Below, piece by piece: positions 1-14,040 of a DNA stretch of 64,000 nucleotides. Source of the stretch: Octopus sinensis (taxonomy: Eukaryota); contig NC_042999.1 of NCBI RefSeq assembly GCF_006345805.1, positions 129,580,001-129,644,000 of the forward strand, in the 5' to 3' direction. Both the position numbers and the translations under genes were made by a program. Each line of letters begins with the position of its first letter. Within the stretch, counting starts at the first letter, position 1. Under the pieces are notes generated by a model. That model was not told the DNA's origin and did not search any database. It worked only from the letters and a program-made list of their open reading frames with translations.

Positions 1-267
1 GACTAATTAAATAAACTTACAAATTAGCTGAACAGTTTTGTACAATAAATTTTGAAAATGAGAACTGTAAAGAGTGATAAATTAGAAGAACTGGCATTCT
101 TTGCTGCAATATTTTAACTAACAAGTTTCTTATTCTTTACTTTACTAGAAGCAATAGCTTGTCCTATACTTTTACAGGTGTAATAACTTGTCCTATACTT
201 TTCCAGATTTATAATCTTAAGAGTATGACTTTTCATGCTTGCATTTTTCCATGTAATAACATGAATA

Positions 268-495
268 TTTAACTCTTTAGCATTTAAACCAGCTATATCT
301 GACCCAAATATTTTACTTGTTCTATGTTTTAACCAGCCAGGTCCAGCCTATCACACCTACCCTACAATGTCATTCTAAAAAATAAACAATCAGATCATCA
401 ATATCTTGAAGCTGTGAGAAAATGCATGATTAATTTAAAATAATGCGAATAAATAAGCATAACATTTGGCAGAGTAATCTCAATGTTAAAGCACT
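268..495. mobile_element. piggyBac-like TTAA MITE family copy
   Basis: ttaactctttagcatt start; homologous to copies at 1742-2262, 21518-21733 and 28705-28925. Confidence 0.6.
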
Positions 496-1339
496 AAGGT
501 AAATTACTAAGTAAATGCATGTTGGATAGAGATGTAACAACAGGCTTAGAACATTTGAAATGATGATTGTTGGAATGTAGACTAAGGATGGAGCATTGGT
601 GAGACGAAATTTATAAGTTAGGCAGATAGAAAAATATTCTGCCATGCTAATAACACAAGTGCATACACACACATATAATTTCACCAGTATAATATGTATA
701 TGTGTGCATGCATGTGTGTGTTTATCATATACACAGAACAGAGTAGTCAGCTAACAACACCTTTTGTCCTAAGATTTCCTGAAGAAAGAGCCCTAACTCT
801 GAAGTATTGAAATACCATGTACAAGTACAAACCATCAACCTGCATTATTAATTTTTATAACTTGTATTGCTTTGGTTTTAAAAAAATTATTAAAAACGTG
901 TGTGTGTGTGTGCATGTGCATGCATGCATGTGCGTGCGTGTGTAAAACATCTATTGAATCACAGCCTGTATGCAATCACTCAACTGTAACATACACTTCT
1001 ATTTATTTCTTAATAGTATTTGTCTACTATGAAGCATGAAAATCTTTTGTTGCCCCTGATTAGTGACACAATTTTCTTTGAGATGTGGTGGGGAAATTGT
1101 GTCACTAACAAGGACAAGACCTTTTTACACTTCAAAATAGATAATGCTATTAAAAAAAATGTGAATATGTAAAACTGAACGTAAAAGCTTAAAGGGTTAA
1201 AATAATTCATCTCTGATGTAATTATACACAGGCATGTGCGTGCATGCACACACACACTCAAGCAAGCTTCACTGAATGAATGTTACCATTGAAGAATAAC
1301 TGGGTTCAGATAAGTTCAGAGGAGAGAAAAAAAAAAGGC

Positions 1340-1640
1340 AAAATTGAAATTAGCTGTGGCATGAAAGAGAACTGGCACAAACATGTGATGCATAAGTAAG
1401 AAGTTAGTTGGGTGATGAAGGAGCAATGAATCTAAGTAAAAGGAGGTTACTGAAGAGAAAGACTGAGGAAATGGTGAAGGCTGATCTTTGGATGCTGAAC
1501 TTCATGAAGAAGATGACAAGAAACTACAAATAGTAAGAGGAGTAGTGGAGAAGAACCATGCAATCAATGTCAGCATGAGAAAATGGATATAATATGGTGA
1601 CAGTCATGATGATAATGGTGGTGGTGGTGTGGTGGTTATA
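1340..1640 (+). mobile_element. RTE LINE 3' end remnant
   Basis: Degenerate W.GHV-like coding remnant, then a cagcatgagaaaatggat..(gat/ggt)n tail shared with SINE tails in this window. Confidence 0.45.
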
Positions 1641-1741
1641 ATAATGGTGATAATTAGAGAATAGCTTGATGAGGATGAAACGATTAGCATTTAGTAATGT
1701 AAGTTAGTAATGTAGCATTAGTATTTAGTAATGTAAGTTTA

Positions 1742-2263
1742 ATTAAACCTTTAGCATTAAGATTACTCTGTCAAATGTAAAGCTTATATGCATATTGTTC
1801 TTAATTAACATGTTAAATGCCAAATATAACACCAGTGGTTCATCACAAACTTCACATAACTGCCATATGCATCACCAGTGGTACATTTTCATAATTTGAG
1901 AAATTATTTTATTCTGTATCTTTGACATGGTTTGGAGGATATGGAAATAACATGAATGCTAAATATTAAAGTATATGAAATATTGTAAAAATACTAAAAG
2001 AAATTACATTTCTTTGTAATTAAATAACATACAGTGTGACAGGAAATATTTAGCATCACTGTGAAGTTCTAGTAATGAGAGGCTGTAGTGGTTAACATAT
2101 TAATCATGCATTATCTCATAACTTTAAGATTTCAATGATATGATTGTTTATTTTTAGAATAATATTGTAGGCTAGGTGCAAAAGGCCAAATCTGGCCAGT
2201 TTCAACATAAAACAGGTAGAATATTTGGATCAGATATGGCTGGTTTAAATGCTAAAGTGTTAA
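1742..2263. mobile_element. piggyBac-like TTAA MITE with a second TTAA element nested at 1809-2099
   Basis: ttaaacctttagcatt...aatgctaaagtgttaa; inner insert CATGTTAA...TTAACATA flanked by TTAA. Confidence 0.65.
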
Positions 2264-4081
2264 GGGCAAAATTTTTGTATTGAATATCAAGTGTTGATAC
2301 AGAGTAGGAGTGATAATTGAAGGAAAAGTAAGAAAATTGTGAGATACGGGTGGAGGATCAAGAGAAGTCTTAGTTTACCAGTAGGTCAGTAATTGTAATA
2401 TTGGTGAGTGAGAGCTTGCCTGTGAGTTAGTACATGCATGAGTGAGTAGCAGGTGCAACATCTCAAGTAAATAATAGGTACTGTGATGTTGCAATGTAGT
2501 GGGTATTTGTACCCTGTAGAAGGTTGCTGAATATTTATTTGGGGATTGGAGAATGATTTACTTCTTGGTTCTTGAGAGGTATTTCTGCTTTTGTGATGCC
2601 ATCTTAGCTATGGTTATATCGTTGGTCACTATGAAAGGTCATCAAAACTATTACAAACAAAATATATCACCATCCACGCATTATGTCTGTTTTAATAACT
2701 ATGAAGTCTATGTTTATTATGCTCGGTATCTACTATAGCTTCGAGGCTCTATAGGGCCAAGAAAAATTATAGCGATGGAAATGGTAGCATTGGATTTGGG
2801 GATAATGATTATGATGGAATAAATACAATCTTATTTGATGATGATCATAAGATAAACACGTCATCTTTTGATGTTCTGCCATAAATTATCTTCCAGAAGA
2901 ACTGTTCATCCTAATAATGAAATTGACTTTATCAATTATAACTGTAATTTTTCAGCCTTATAAAGCCATATAATTTTAATTATATATTTAACTATTCAGT
3001 TTCAAAGTGTCAGTTTTCAAATATTTCATAATTTCCTTTTTATATGAATATGCTGACAGCATCTTTTACATATTCTTTTAGCTTCTTCAAGCTTAATCTT
3101 AGAGCATAAATGCTGTCATGGGTGTAATACATAAAACAAGTCTAAGAGAGATAAATTTTAAATGACTTTCAAATAGATCTGGGTTCTTTTTTCTAATAAA
3201 CTTAACCAAATTGATGTGAATAAATAAATAAATAGATTATTGCTTTCTCTTCTATATAACTTTATTTTTTTTTACAGCAAAGGAAAAATTAAAAACATTA
3301 AATAGGCTGAACACAAAGGATTTAATTCAGTTCCAATGAGTGCCAACAAAGATCTTGTTTATATATTCTTTTCCAAGATGACCTTAGAATGAAGTTTATT
3401 TCTTAGACTATTTCTTTAAAAGCATTGCTAATACACTTCACTTGGTATTTTCTCCAATAAGTTTCAAGTAGTATTTCTGAGCAAGGCTATGGATTAAACC
3501 TAGAAACTTCATTTCACCAGCTGGAGTTTTTATTCTAATCACTTACTTATTGATTCAGAGAACAGAAGCCTCGCTGTTTAAGGTGTTTAAACATTAGACT
3601 GACGCATTTGTGTACACATTTTGATATTTTAGGGAATATAAAGATAAATACATAAACACCTTAAAATGACAACACTAATGTCCTCTAAAACCACAAATCA
3701 GTTGTTAGACCATCAGAATAATAGTTCTTAGTATAACCCCTGGCTTATCTTAGGAATAACACTTAACTGATTGAAGAGATCATCAATCAAAACTGTGTCT
3801 AAGACACATACAAGATGAGGAAATAGTTTGAAAAACAGACATCAATGTCTTTTCTTATTTTAAAAACTGGTAAAATAAATTTCATCATGATAATTTTTAC
3901 AAAAATGACCATGTCCTAAGTACAAAGATTTAATTATTAAAGAATAAGATTTAGTAGATTATGTTTGCGTGGTAAGGTCTCATAGAAGTCAACAACCCAG
4001 TAGGAACTGTTTCATTTATGTCACCAATACTCTTGAGAAAGGTATGAAATGAATGCTAGGAGTGCTGATTTAATTATTATA

Positions 4082-4490
4082 GGTGGAGGTGTGGCTGTGT
4101 GGTAAGAAGCTTGCTTTCCAACCACATGGTTCTGGGTTCTGTCTCACTGTGTGACACCTTGGGCAAGTGTCTATTACTATAGTTTTGGGCCGACCAAAGC
4201 CTTGTAAATGGATTTGGTAGATGGAAACTGAAAGAAGACCATTGTATATATATATACATACATCTATGTGTGTGTGTGTGTCACTGTGTCTGTGTTTGTT
4301 TCCCCCATCACTGCTTGACAACCAGTGTTGGTGTGTTTATGTCCCTCTAATTTAGCATTTTCACAAGGGAGACTGCTATAATAAATACTAGGGTTAAAAA
4401 AAGTCCTGGGGTTAATTCATTTGACTAAAACCCTTCAAGATAGTGCTCCAGCATGGCTGCAGTTAAACGACTGAAACAAGTAAAAGAATA
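4082..4490 (+). mobile_element. tRNA-derived SINE, family A (head gtggctgtgtggtaagaagcttgc; tail gactgaaacaagtaaaagaata)
   Basis: A/B-box-like head; many copies in the window. Confidence 0.85.
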
Positions 4491-7400
4491 AGTTCATTTA
4501 TCACCATATTGAGGTGGTAAATCAGCAAGGACTCAAATCCACAATTCAAGATTATATTTCCTGTAACATTTGCTTCATTGAATATTATTGAATAAGACAT
4601 TGATGTCACAAACTCTCATTTCCGTTTCATAATAAAATCTTAGTCATTAATCATCAAACAGGTCACACTGAGTGTTAAATAAGAAAAAGAAGAATAACAT
4701 AAAAAGTCACAAAATAAACTTACACAATGTATTTTCATCTTAGTAATAATAATATAGGAAGAAACCAATCCTTATTTAAATAAAAGAAATTGATTCTAGA
4801 AGAAAACAAAATCGTTATGTTACATTGATCTCTTACAAAAGTACGAGGCCTCAAATGTCTGTTAAACGGATGTTGTAATCTTTATGTCCTTCTTAAAATT
4901 GTTAGTTATGTAAATGAAATCAAACAGTTTCAACTCAGAATTGAAAGAGGCCTGTGGACAGGCTGAGAGCTAAATTCACTTCATATTTGCTATATAAATG
5001 AGGGTGCATATTGACAAGCAGCAAAAATATGCATTTTGTATGTTGTCTATGACACACTGTGTTCTGTTCAAGACACTTAAATCTCAGTCACCCTCTCTAC
5101 CAAGCTGTAAGTAGGTAACACAGTGTAGGATAACTCACAAAACTTCTAACAGCTCATAGTTCTGAAGTTGGAACCTCATGTAGTTTGAGGAAATGATAGG
5201 GGTGCTGGCAATTGTACTTTATAATTGAATTTATCATCACCAGAAATGAATAAATGTCTCATATATCTTTCTAACGTATATAGGAACGCTCATTATTCAT
5301 GTTGATTCCAAATTAGTGACATTATTCAAAAGAAAATTTAAAACCAAACACTTTTGTCCTTTGGATTCTTATCTTTACTGTGTGAAGTTAATTGAGCTTT
5401 TATATCAATGGTTAGGAATTTGGGATTCAAAAAGGACAATATTAATAAGCTACATTGAAAAAGTTGTTAAATGATGAGCAGCGATATCTTCAGTATGAAC
5501 ACCAATAAATATCCCAAACCCTAGCTTGTTATGAATTTGTAAATAAACAAATAAAATCATATGAAGTACATGTTACATTGTTTCTGCTCCAGAGTGTGAG
5601 GTGTAGTTTTTTAGGTGAAATTAATCATTTACAAGTTATGGTGTAGTGGCAGGCACAGGTGTGAAGGAAAAAAAAAGGTGTGGTATTTTATGTGGGAGTG
5701 GTATGCTTATGAGGTAAAGTGTGTACATTATATAATGTTATGACGTATTTATGACAGTAGTCTCTCGTGACTGTGTGGCAATTGTTGTTGGTTAATAGTG
5801 TGAGAAATTGTTTGTCTGTACATGTGTGGATATTCACGTAGGTGTGTGATTTTCCTTAAAATGCATCAAAATGGAAAATACCATATAAAGTCAGTGAAAT
5901 GAGTAAAACAAAAACAACAACAACAAAAAAAAAAGAGAAAAGAAAATGAAAATTTTCACCATATTCTACGTAAGCTTCTTTTTAATCACTTGAATTAGTC
6001 AAATCTCAGTAAGAAAGCCTTTGGTATTTAAAATAGGAACCACATGTCATAGAATAGTAAAACACATACATCTACAATAAGAACAGATGAACAAACCAGT
6101 TACAAAGTAGAATTTGATAACAATGAGGTTTGAGCCCAACTTACAACATGAGAGAAAGTTAAAAACTTGAATTGAAGAAAACTAATGGTAACCCATTTCA
6201 GCAAAAATCAATTCAGTGAATGTGTGTGCTTTGAAAAGTGAATTTTGATATTTTAAATAGTCAGTAAGAGGAGATAATATATTGGGGGAAAACTGGAAGA
6301 GATCATGGGTGAAGTAAGAAGAAGGAGCTTAAGGTCATCATACTTAATGTACTGAGGCAAAAAATGGAAAACAAAGTATTAAATCATTGACCAATATTAA
6401 TTTAATATAAGGTGGTGAGCAGCCTGAATTGCTAGCATTCCAGACAAAATATTGCTAAACATTTTTTCTGTTTTTACGTTCTGAGTTCAAATTCCACAGA
6501 GAGCGACTTTGACTTTCATCTATTCAGAGTCAATATAATCGACTTACACTCTCCCACAAAATTCCTGACTTGTGCCAAAATTTGAAATCAATATTAATTT
6601 AATCTCATCTGTATAAGTTATACAGGTGACAACTCTAGATATGCTTTCACCTAACGAGATCTCCTCAGTGAAGAACAGCCTTCTTCTCTATACCTATCAG
6701 ATTGTAGATAAGAGAATCATAATATTGATGTACAATAATTTTTTTTTTCTACTATAGGCATGAAGCCTGAAAGTTTTACAAGAGGGGCTAGTCAATTACA
6801 TTGACCCAGTACTCGAATGGTATTTATTTTATCAACCTGAAAGGAGGAAAAGTGAAGCCAGCCTTGGTGACATTTGAGATCAGAATATAAAGCCAGAAGA
6901 AATGCTAAGTATTTTGTTTGACATGCCAACAGTTCTGCCAGCTTGCCACCTTGATGTACAATAACTGTTTCTAATTTTGACACAAGGCCAGTAATTTGAA
7001 GGGAGGAGGTTAGTCAATACCACCAACTCCAGTATTTGACGGATACTTAATTATATTGACCCCAGAGAGATGAAAGGCAAAGTTGACCATAGCAGGATTT
7101 GAACTCAGAATGTAAACATCCAGAGCAAAACCACAAAGCATTCCTTCCAATGCTCTTAAAATATTATTAATCACATAAGTACGCATCAAAATTTATCATG
7201 ATAATCGAGGTGAAATTACCTGGTGACAGCATCAGCATCTCACAAAAAGAATAACAGTCAAGTTAGGGGCATCAATTTTAATAGAGTGAAGAAAAAAATC
7301 CAATTAAGTAATATTTATTATTAACCTAATGTTTTCTCTTTCTCCTCACTCATGAATAAGCCTTATTAAGATATGGAAGTAATCATAGTACATTGTAATA

Positions 7401-9199
7401 AGCCAAGTTAAATATTAGAAAACTATCAAAGATCAAAAAATAAGGTTCCATAATATTAATACCATCTCTTATGAGTGACAAAAAACAATATTTATTAAAG
7501 TTATAGCTATTAATGCTAAATACAGTAGAATGGCAGAAAAAATAACGCACCAGACCAAATTGCAGTTTTTGGTTTCAGTCCCTCAATGTTCTGAGCTCAA
7601 ATCATTCTAGTATCTATCAACAATGTAAATAACAGCCAAGCTCAGTTCAACTGATTAAAACTCCTCCACTTTTGTTCCTCTGCATTAACAAGCTGCATAT
7701 TACCTTGAAGCAGAGAACAGGCTGAGTACATCATATCTCTCCTGACAGCATTAGTAAAATAAAGCAAGTGAAAGGAAAAGCTGCAACCAAGAATCAAAAT
7801 CTGGGAATGGTGTTGTCTGGTTGCTCGCACTGATTAAACTAATTGGCTACACTAATGCACATCAAATCAAGCAATTGTTGTGTTTCCTTCTCTTTTTCTT
7901 TTGAAAGTAGTCAATAAACCTTAAGTAAATTATACTGAGTTCAGATCCCAAAGGAATTAAAACTGTTTTCCATCACTTCGTGATAAATAGTATAAACATT
8001 AGCACATTCTGGGGTGTATGTTTAATTGGCTGTATCCCTTCCATACAAAACAATTGGTTTTGTGTTGCCTTGTCAACAGAAATCAATAATAACAGGGAGG
8101 ATTTCTAATATATAGATTGTTTCTTTTGGGTTTAATGAGAAAGGAAATCAGTTGTTTTAATTTGTGCTGTTCCAACAAGTCCAACAGGTGGTAGCATGAA
8201 TAAGTCATAAACTTGTTTTACCAAAATATCACGACACCTGTACTTGAATTTATAATAATGATTTTTTTACACTGTCACAGGCTCAAATTAGAAGGAAAGG
8301 GATAGAGTCAACTGAACCTACCCAGGCATATACCTGTTAATTATTCTCATCAACTCTAATTGGGATGAAAGGCAAAGTCAGTTCTAGTAGATTTTGAAAT
8401 TAGAACATAATAGGATGAAACTATATACTGCAAATGGATTTAGTACAGCACTTAAGCACTTTAAGGACAGCTGATTGCAGAGTTGGATTACCAAAAGCTT
8501 ACAATTAAACTATGACAATTAGCACATGAAATTTTAGTAATAATTTCTTTCAACATGGCACAAGGTCACCTTTTGTAGGTGAATACCAATTGATTGAAAT
8601 AACAACACCAGTAATGCTGGTAGTTAGTTTATCAACACAAGAAGGATTAAAACTAAATTGATTCTGGAATTGTTTAAACTGGTGAAACATCCATATTGGT
8701 ACTGCATCAATTTTCCATCAAGCCTGTAATGAAGTCTTTGTGCAGTTGCTCGCCCTATTATCTTAAAAATAGTTCAATATATTTGATAACTCACTTGTGA
8801 ATATAATTTACCCAAAAGAAATATAGGATGGTCTAGGTTGGAATACTAATTGGATGATAAAAACTATACATCAAATGTAGGAAAATGAAAGTGATGGTAG
8901 TGCATAAAATAAGAAACAAAATATTTCAAAGGATAAGTAGAATCCCAACAATATAAATATTTACACATATAAATAGACAACACAAAATAAAAAGCACTCA
9001 TGAAATAAACCCAAAAACTACTGAAAGACAAACAGAAAAGCTGGAAATCAAAACATTATCTTCTCACATTAAAGTCTAGCAGGGAATTTAAACAACAAAT
9101 GTAGACATAAGAATTTCACACATAAAATACAGAGAAACAACCAAAGTAACATATATATGCTGTATAAATAAACAGCAAAAAATTTAAACCCACTGCAAT

Positions 9200-9720
9200 A
9201 GAACTAAAAAAAATTAATGGAACTATAAAATGCCTTTACAGAAAAAAATGAAACAACAACACAAGACCTCTCATACCCCATTAGGGTTAAACTGACTAAT
9301 CAATGGTGGAGGCCTCATAACATACATAAAATCATGCATCCTGTAGATACCACAAACAACCCTTGTTTATTAAGGGGTCAAGACAACAGAATAAAAATGC
9401 ACGCATCCAAAATAAGACCTCAAAACAAAACACATTAGCATAATAAACATATATACCACCTGCATACTTACCAAACATTTCAGGGAACATACCACAACTA
9501 CAGCAGTGTAACACACTCCCAATCACTATCATTGGGGAGAATTCAATTCACATAATACCCTGGTACAAAAACAATATAGATAATACAAAAAGTGATATAA
9601 TGTTGTCAGTACTGGACTCCCTTTACATCCTAAACTATCTATGCCAACACACCGACGCACTTCAATAAGCTGACTACAACTTCACCACAAACATCATCAC
9701 CTGCACTACACAAAAACACA
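9200..9720 (+). mobile_element. Degenerate I-group (I/Ingi/Nimb-like) LINE, apurinic endonuclease region
   Basis: NGGGLITYIK (9302-9331), ISIINIY and GEFNSHN motifs, with frameshifts. Confidence 0.65.
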
Positions 9721-10041
9721 TAGTGAATTTTTTTTTTTTTTCAGTTTTCTTCTGTTTACCTGTCTACCATGATTACAACAAACTCACACACCAAAAAGCA
9801 AAAAGAGAAAAAGTAAAAACACCTTTATAAACTTGAAAAAAAAAAAGAAAAGCAAAAGAAAAGTAAAGACCACAGTGGAATTCTATCCACTAATAAACAG
9901 AATCAAGGTCTGTAGAACATAAAAAACAACATATCAATCACTGCACTGACAGCTCAACAAATTAATTATAGATGCTTCAGCGAAAAGAAAAGCTTATCTC
10001 CCAACCAATTTTAGACACTAAATTACACAACTAATATATAA

Positions 10042-10465
10042 GGTGCAGGCGTGGCTATGTGACAAGAAGTTTGTTTCCCAACATGGTTTCACTGCACCTT
10101 CTACAAGTGTCTCCTACTAAACCCAAGGCCAACCAAAGCCTTGTGAGTGGATTTAGCAAGTAGAAACTAAAAGAAGCCCTATGTGTATATGTATGCTACT
10201 GTGCGCTTGACATTGAGTGATTGTTGTAAGTAAGCGATGCCATCATGCAAGTGGTGTACTTCATTCCCAATCTTCTGAGATACGTCTGGTCATGGGGAAA
10301 TATTATCTTTCTTGGAAACAGGTGAGGGTTGGTAACAGAAAGGGCATCCAGTCATATAAAATCCACATCAATAATTTCCATTCAACCCATGCTATCATAG
10401 AAAAGTGGATGATAAAGATTAATGATGATGATGATAATGGTGATGATGATGATGATGATGATGTA
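10042..10465 (+). mobile_element. SINE, family A head with an RTE-like (gat)n tail
   Basis: Same head; tail gggttgg..ggcatccag..catagaaaagtggat..(GAT)n. Confidence 0.8.
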
Positions 10466-11047
10466 TAGGTGATGATGAATATAGACAACTTGAAGCAAAA
10501 ATAAAAATACAGCACGAAAAACCTAAACAAGGAAATGCCAAGCATATGTACCCAGTCAAGCAGTACACTAAACATATATCAAGTAATTAACAGTATAAAT
10601 AACTCTATTAATGTCCCTATTATATATCACACATCACAGTGACATGTCAAATAACATACCAACACTTCAACAGCAACGCAAATGACTTTGTCAAATATAT
10701 ATATTTTAAAATTAGCCAGTGTGACTAAGAAGTTTGCTTTGCAGTTATGTAGTGTTTCAGGTTCAGTCTCACTACATGTCATCTTGGACAAGTGTCTTTA
10801 TCTCTAGCCACAGGCTGAGCAATGTCTTGTGACTGAATTTGGTTGATGGAAACTGTGTGAAAGCCTGTTGTGTGTGTGTATATTTCATTCCATAATGGTT
10901 ACCTCTGAAGAGTACAGGGTTACATAATTGGACTGTTACCTCACACTCCATTGAACCCCTAGCACAAAACCAATTGGTAAGATTGGCCGTAATGGATATA
11001 TAATACTGTACACTTCAATTAATATATATATATATATATATATATGA

Positions 11048-11430
11048 TGTGGCACTCCGTCGGTTGTGACAATGAGGGTTCCAGTTGCTCTGATCAACAG
11101 AATAGCCTTCTTGTGAAATTAATGAGCAAGTGGCTGAGCACTCCACAGACACATGTGCCCTTAACATAGTTCTCGGGGAGATTCAGCATGCTCAGAGTGT
11201 GGCAAGGCTGACCCTTTGAAATACAGGTACAACAGAAACAGAAAGAAAGAGTGAGAGAAAGTTGTGGTGAAAAAGTACACCATGGTTCACCACCACCCCC
11301 TGCCAGAGCCTTGTGAAACTTTAGGTGTTTTCACTCAATAAACATTCACAACACCTGATATGGGAATCAAAACCATGATCCTATGATTGTGAGTCTGCTG
11401 CCCTAACCACTGCACCATTGTGCCTCCACA
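11048..11430 (-). mobile_element. tRNA-derived SINE, family C
   Basis: Minus-strand head tggaggcacaatggtgcagtggttagggcagc; homologous to 20885-21200 and 63000-63310. Confidence 0.8.
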
Positions 11431-11989
11431 ATGTATATATATATATTTATAAATATTTAGCAGAAACAACAAAATGACTCAAAGGTTTCATGCATTAGTA
11501 CTTATCAAATGCACAAAACTCTTGGCCCTTGACTCTGTTGTTTCTGCGAAATGTTAATAAAAAAATATACATATACTCATATTTTGAGTTCTACTTGAGA
11601 GTGTCTGCACACATGTGTTTGCATATCTTCATAGCTACCCAACCACTTGGCAATCAGTGATGGTTTGTTTACATTCCCCATAACTTAGCAGTCTAATAAA
11701 AGAGACAGATAAAATAAATAACGGACTTAAAAAAAAAAATGAACACTGGAGTCAATTTGTTTGATTAAAAGCTTTCAAAGTGTTGCTCTGACATGGCTGT
11801 AGTCCAACGACTGAAACAAGTAAAAGATAAAAAGAATAACGATAGAAAAACAAGAAACGTAAACTGCGACATTCACAACTTTCACCTTATGCCATGACCT
11901 TGACCACTTTCTACCATGAAGCACCAGAAAAGCAATAAGGAAACCTAAACCTCAAATGCATCAAGACTTGATAAAAACCATATACATAT

Positions 11990-12450
11990 AGGTGCAGGTA
12001 TGGCAAGAAGTTTGCTTCCTAACCACATGGTACCAGGTTCAGTCCCACAGCATGGTACCTTAGGCAAGTGTCTTCTACTATAGCCTTGGGTTGACCAAAG
12101 CCCTGTGAGTGGACTTGGTAGACAGAAACTGAAAGAAGCCCACTGTGTGTATGTGTGTGAGTGAGAGAGAGAGAGTGTGTGTGTGTTTGTGTGTGGGGGG
12201 GGGGTGCACACACGCGTGCGCCTTCGTGTTTGGATTTGTCCACTCCCATCACAACCACTGGACAACCAGTGATGGTGTTTTTACATTCCCATAACATATT
12301 GGTTTGGCAAAAGAGCAAAAGAGACCAATAGAATTAGTACCAGGCTTAGAAAGATAAATACTAGGGTTGATTTGTTTAACTAAAATTCTTCAAGGCAGTT
12401 CCCCAGCATGGCTGTAGTCCAATGACTGGAACAAGTAAAAAGAAAAAGAT
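11990..12450 (+). mobile_element. SINE family A
   Basis: Colinear with 4082-4490. Confidence 0.85.
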
Positions 12451-12859
12451 ATAACTATAATATTTAGGGTTTTAAGGGATCACATCACTCACCACCAACT
12501 ACAAATATTCTTGCTACTACTGCCAAATCTCCAGAATCTGGATATTGGACAAAACCATCATAATTTAAAGCCCAACAAAAATCTCAAGTGAAGTAATATT
12601 GCCCAGTCTTATTGCTAACTTATGCATACTAAACAGAAAGAAACAACATTGGTGTACAAACTATATATTAGCTGTATCATGAACCTAGTCATGTTTAGGC
12701 ACATAATGTCTTCAGACCAAATTATAACAGACTATAAAAGCAACAAAACTGATCCTTCATATAACAAACCCAGACGTTGTTCTCTTCATCACAACACAGA
12801 TTTAAACTGCTACACCCAGCCATTACACCACTCATAAACCTTGCACACATACACACACA

Positions 12860-13997
12860 CACACTCATGTATGCAAGGAGTTCAACAAAAAACCTCCTAC
12901 ACAAGCCATCCTGACTACCATCAACAGCAGCACTTCTTCTGACACTATCCCCCAACTTATAAAATACTCAACACCTCCACATGAATTACCACAAAATACT
13001 GGTTAGTAAACTACGTTGCCAACTGGCAAGAACATGTAATTATGGAACAACAATATATCAAATATTTGCAATATGTCAGATGGAATACCACAAGAATCTG
13101 TCTTCTCATCCACTCAGTTTATCTGATACCCACATTATCTTGCACATTATCAAACCATGTACACAGACACAAATGCAAATGATATTTCCATCAAAACTTG
13201 CTATCACACAGCAGGCACAAATGCAGATGATATCTCTATCACATCTTGCTGTCACACAGCAGATACAAATGCAGATGATATCTCTATCACAGCTTGCTAT
13301 CACACAGCAAGCACAGCTGCAGATATCACCACCACAACTTGCTATCACACAACAGGCACAAAAGCAGGTGATATCTCCATCACAACTTGCTATCACACAG
13401 CAAGCACAGCTGCAGATATCACCACCACAACTTGCTATCACACAACAGGCACAAAAGCAGATGATATCTCCAACACAACTTGCTATCACACAGCAAGCAC
13501 AGCTGCAGATATCACCACCATAACTTGCTATCACACAACAGGCACAAAAGCAGATGATATCTCCATCACAACTTGCTCTCACACAGTAGGCACAACTGTA
13601 AATGATATCCCCATCACAACTTGTTATCACACAGCAGGCACAAATGCAGACATCGCCATCACAACTTCCAATCATACCACAGGCACAGCTGCACAACCAG
13701 TCCAACCTAATGTAAACCACATCTAGAATCATGACTACAAAATAACAGATGCCAAAGCCACTGTAGAACATAAAACACTAATAATTACAATCAACTGTTA
13801 CAATCAGCAATATAAACATACCCATACACAAAAGATAAATATGCTAGGAATTACACACAATACCCCTATGACATTCACATATCGTATAGCAAACATATTA
13901 AAGAAAGCAAAGCAAAATGCAAACATACTTAGAGCACACTCAGAAACTACATTTGGCGCGCGCGCACACACACACACACACAATAATAATAATGATG

Positions 13998-14040
<43 letters not shown>

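Noticed and set aside
4724-4795. Exon-like segment with good minus-strand acceptor and GTAAGT donor
   Set aside because: Stop codons in all three frames; at most a non-coding or terminal exon, unsupported
7704-7741. 38-nt candidate exon with a branch-point-like tactaat
   Set aside because: Has a stop in the phase needed to follow 18346-18546 directly, and is too short to support on its own
13175-13690. Repeat array as a CRISPR or a genuine Cys-rich/metallothionein-like gene
   Set aside because: No unique spacers, eukaryotic context, and the unit derives from a LINE RT; ORFs open on both strands follow from unit lengths divisible by 3
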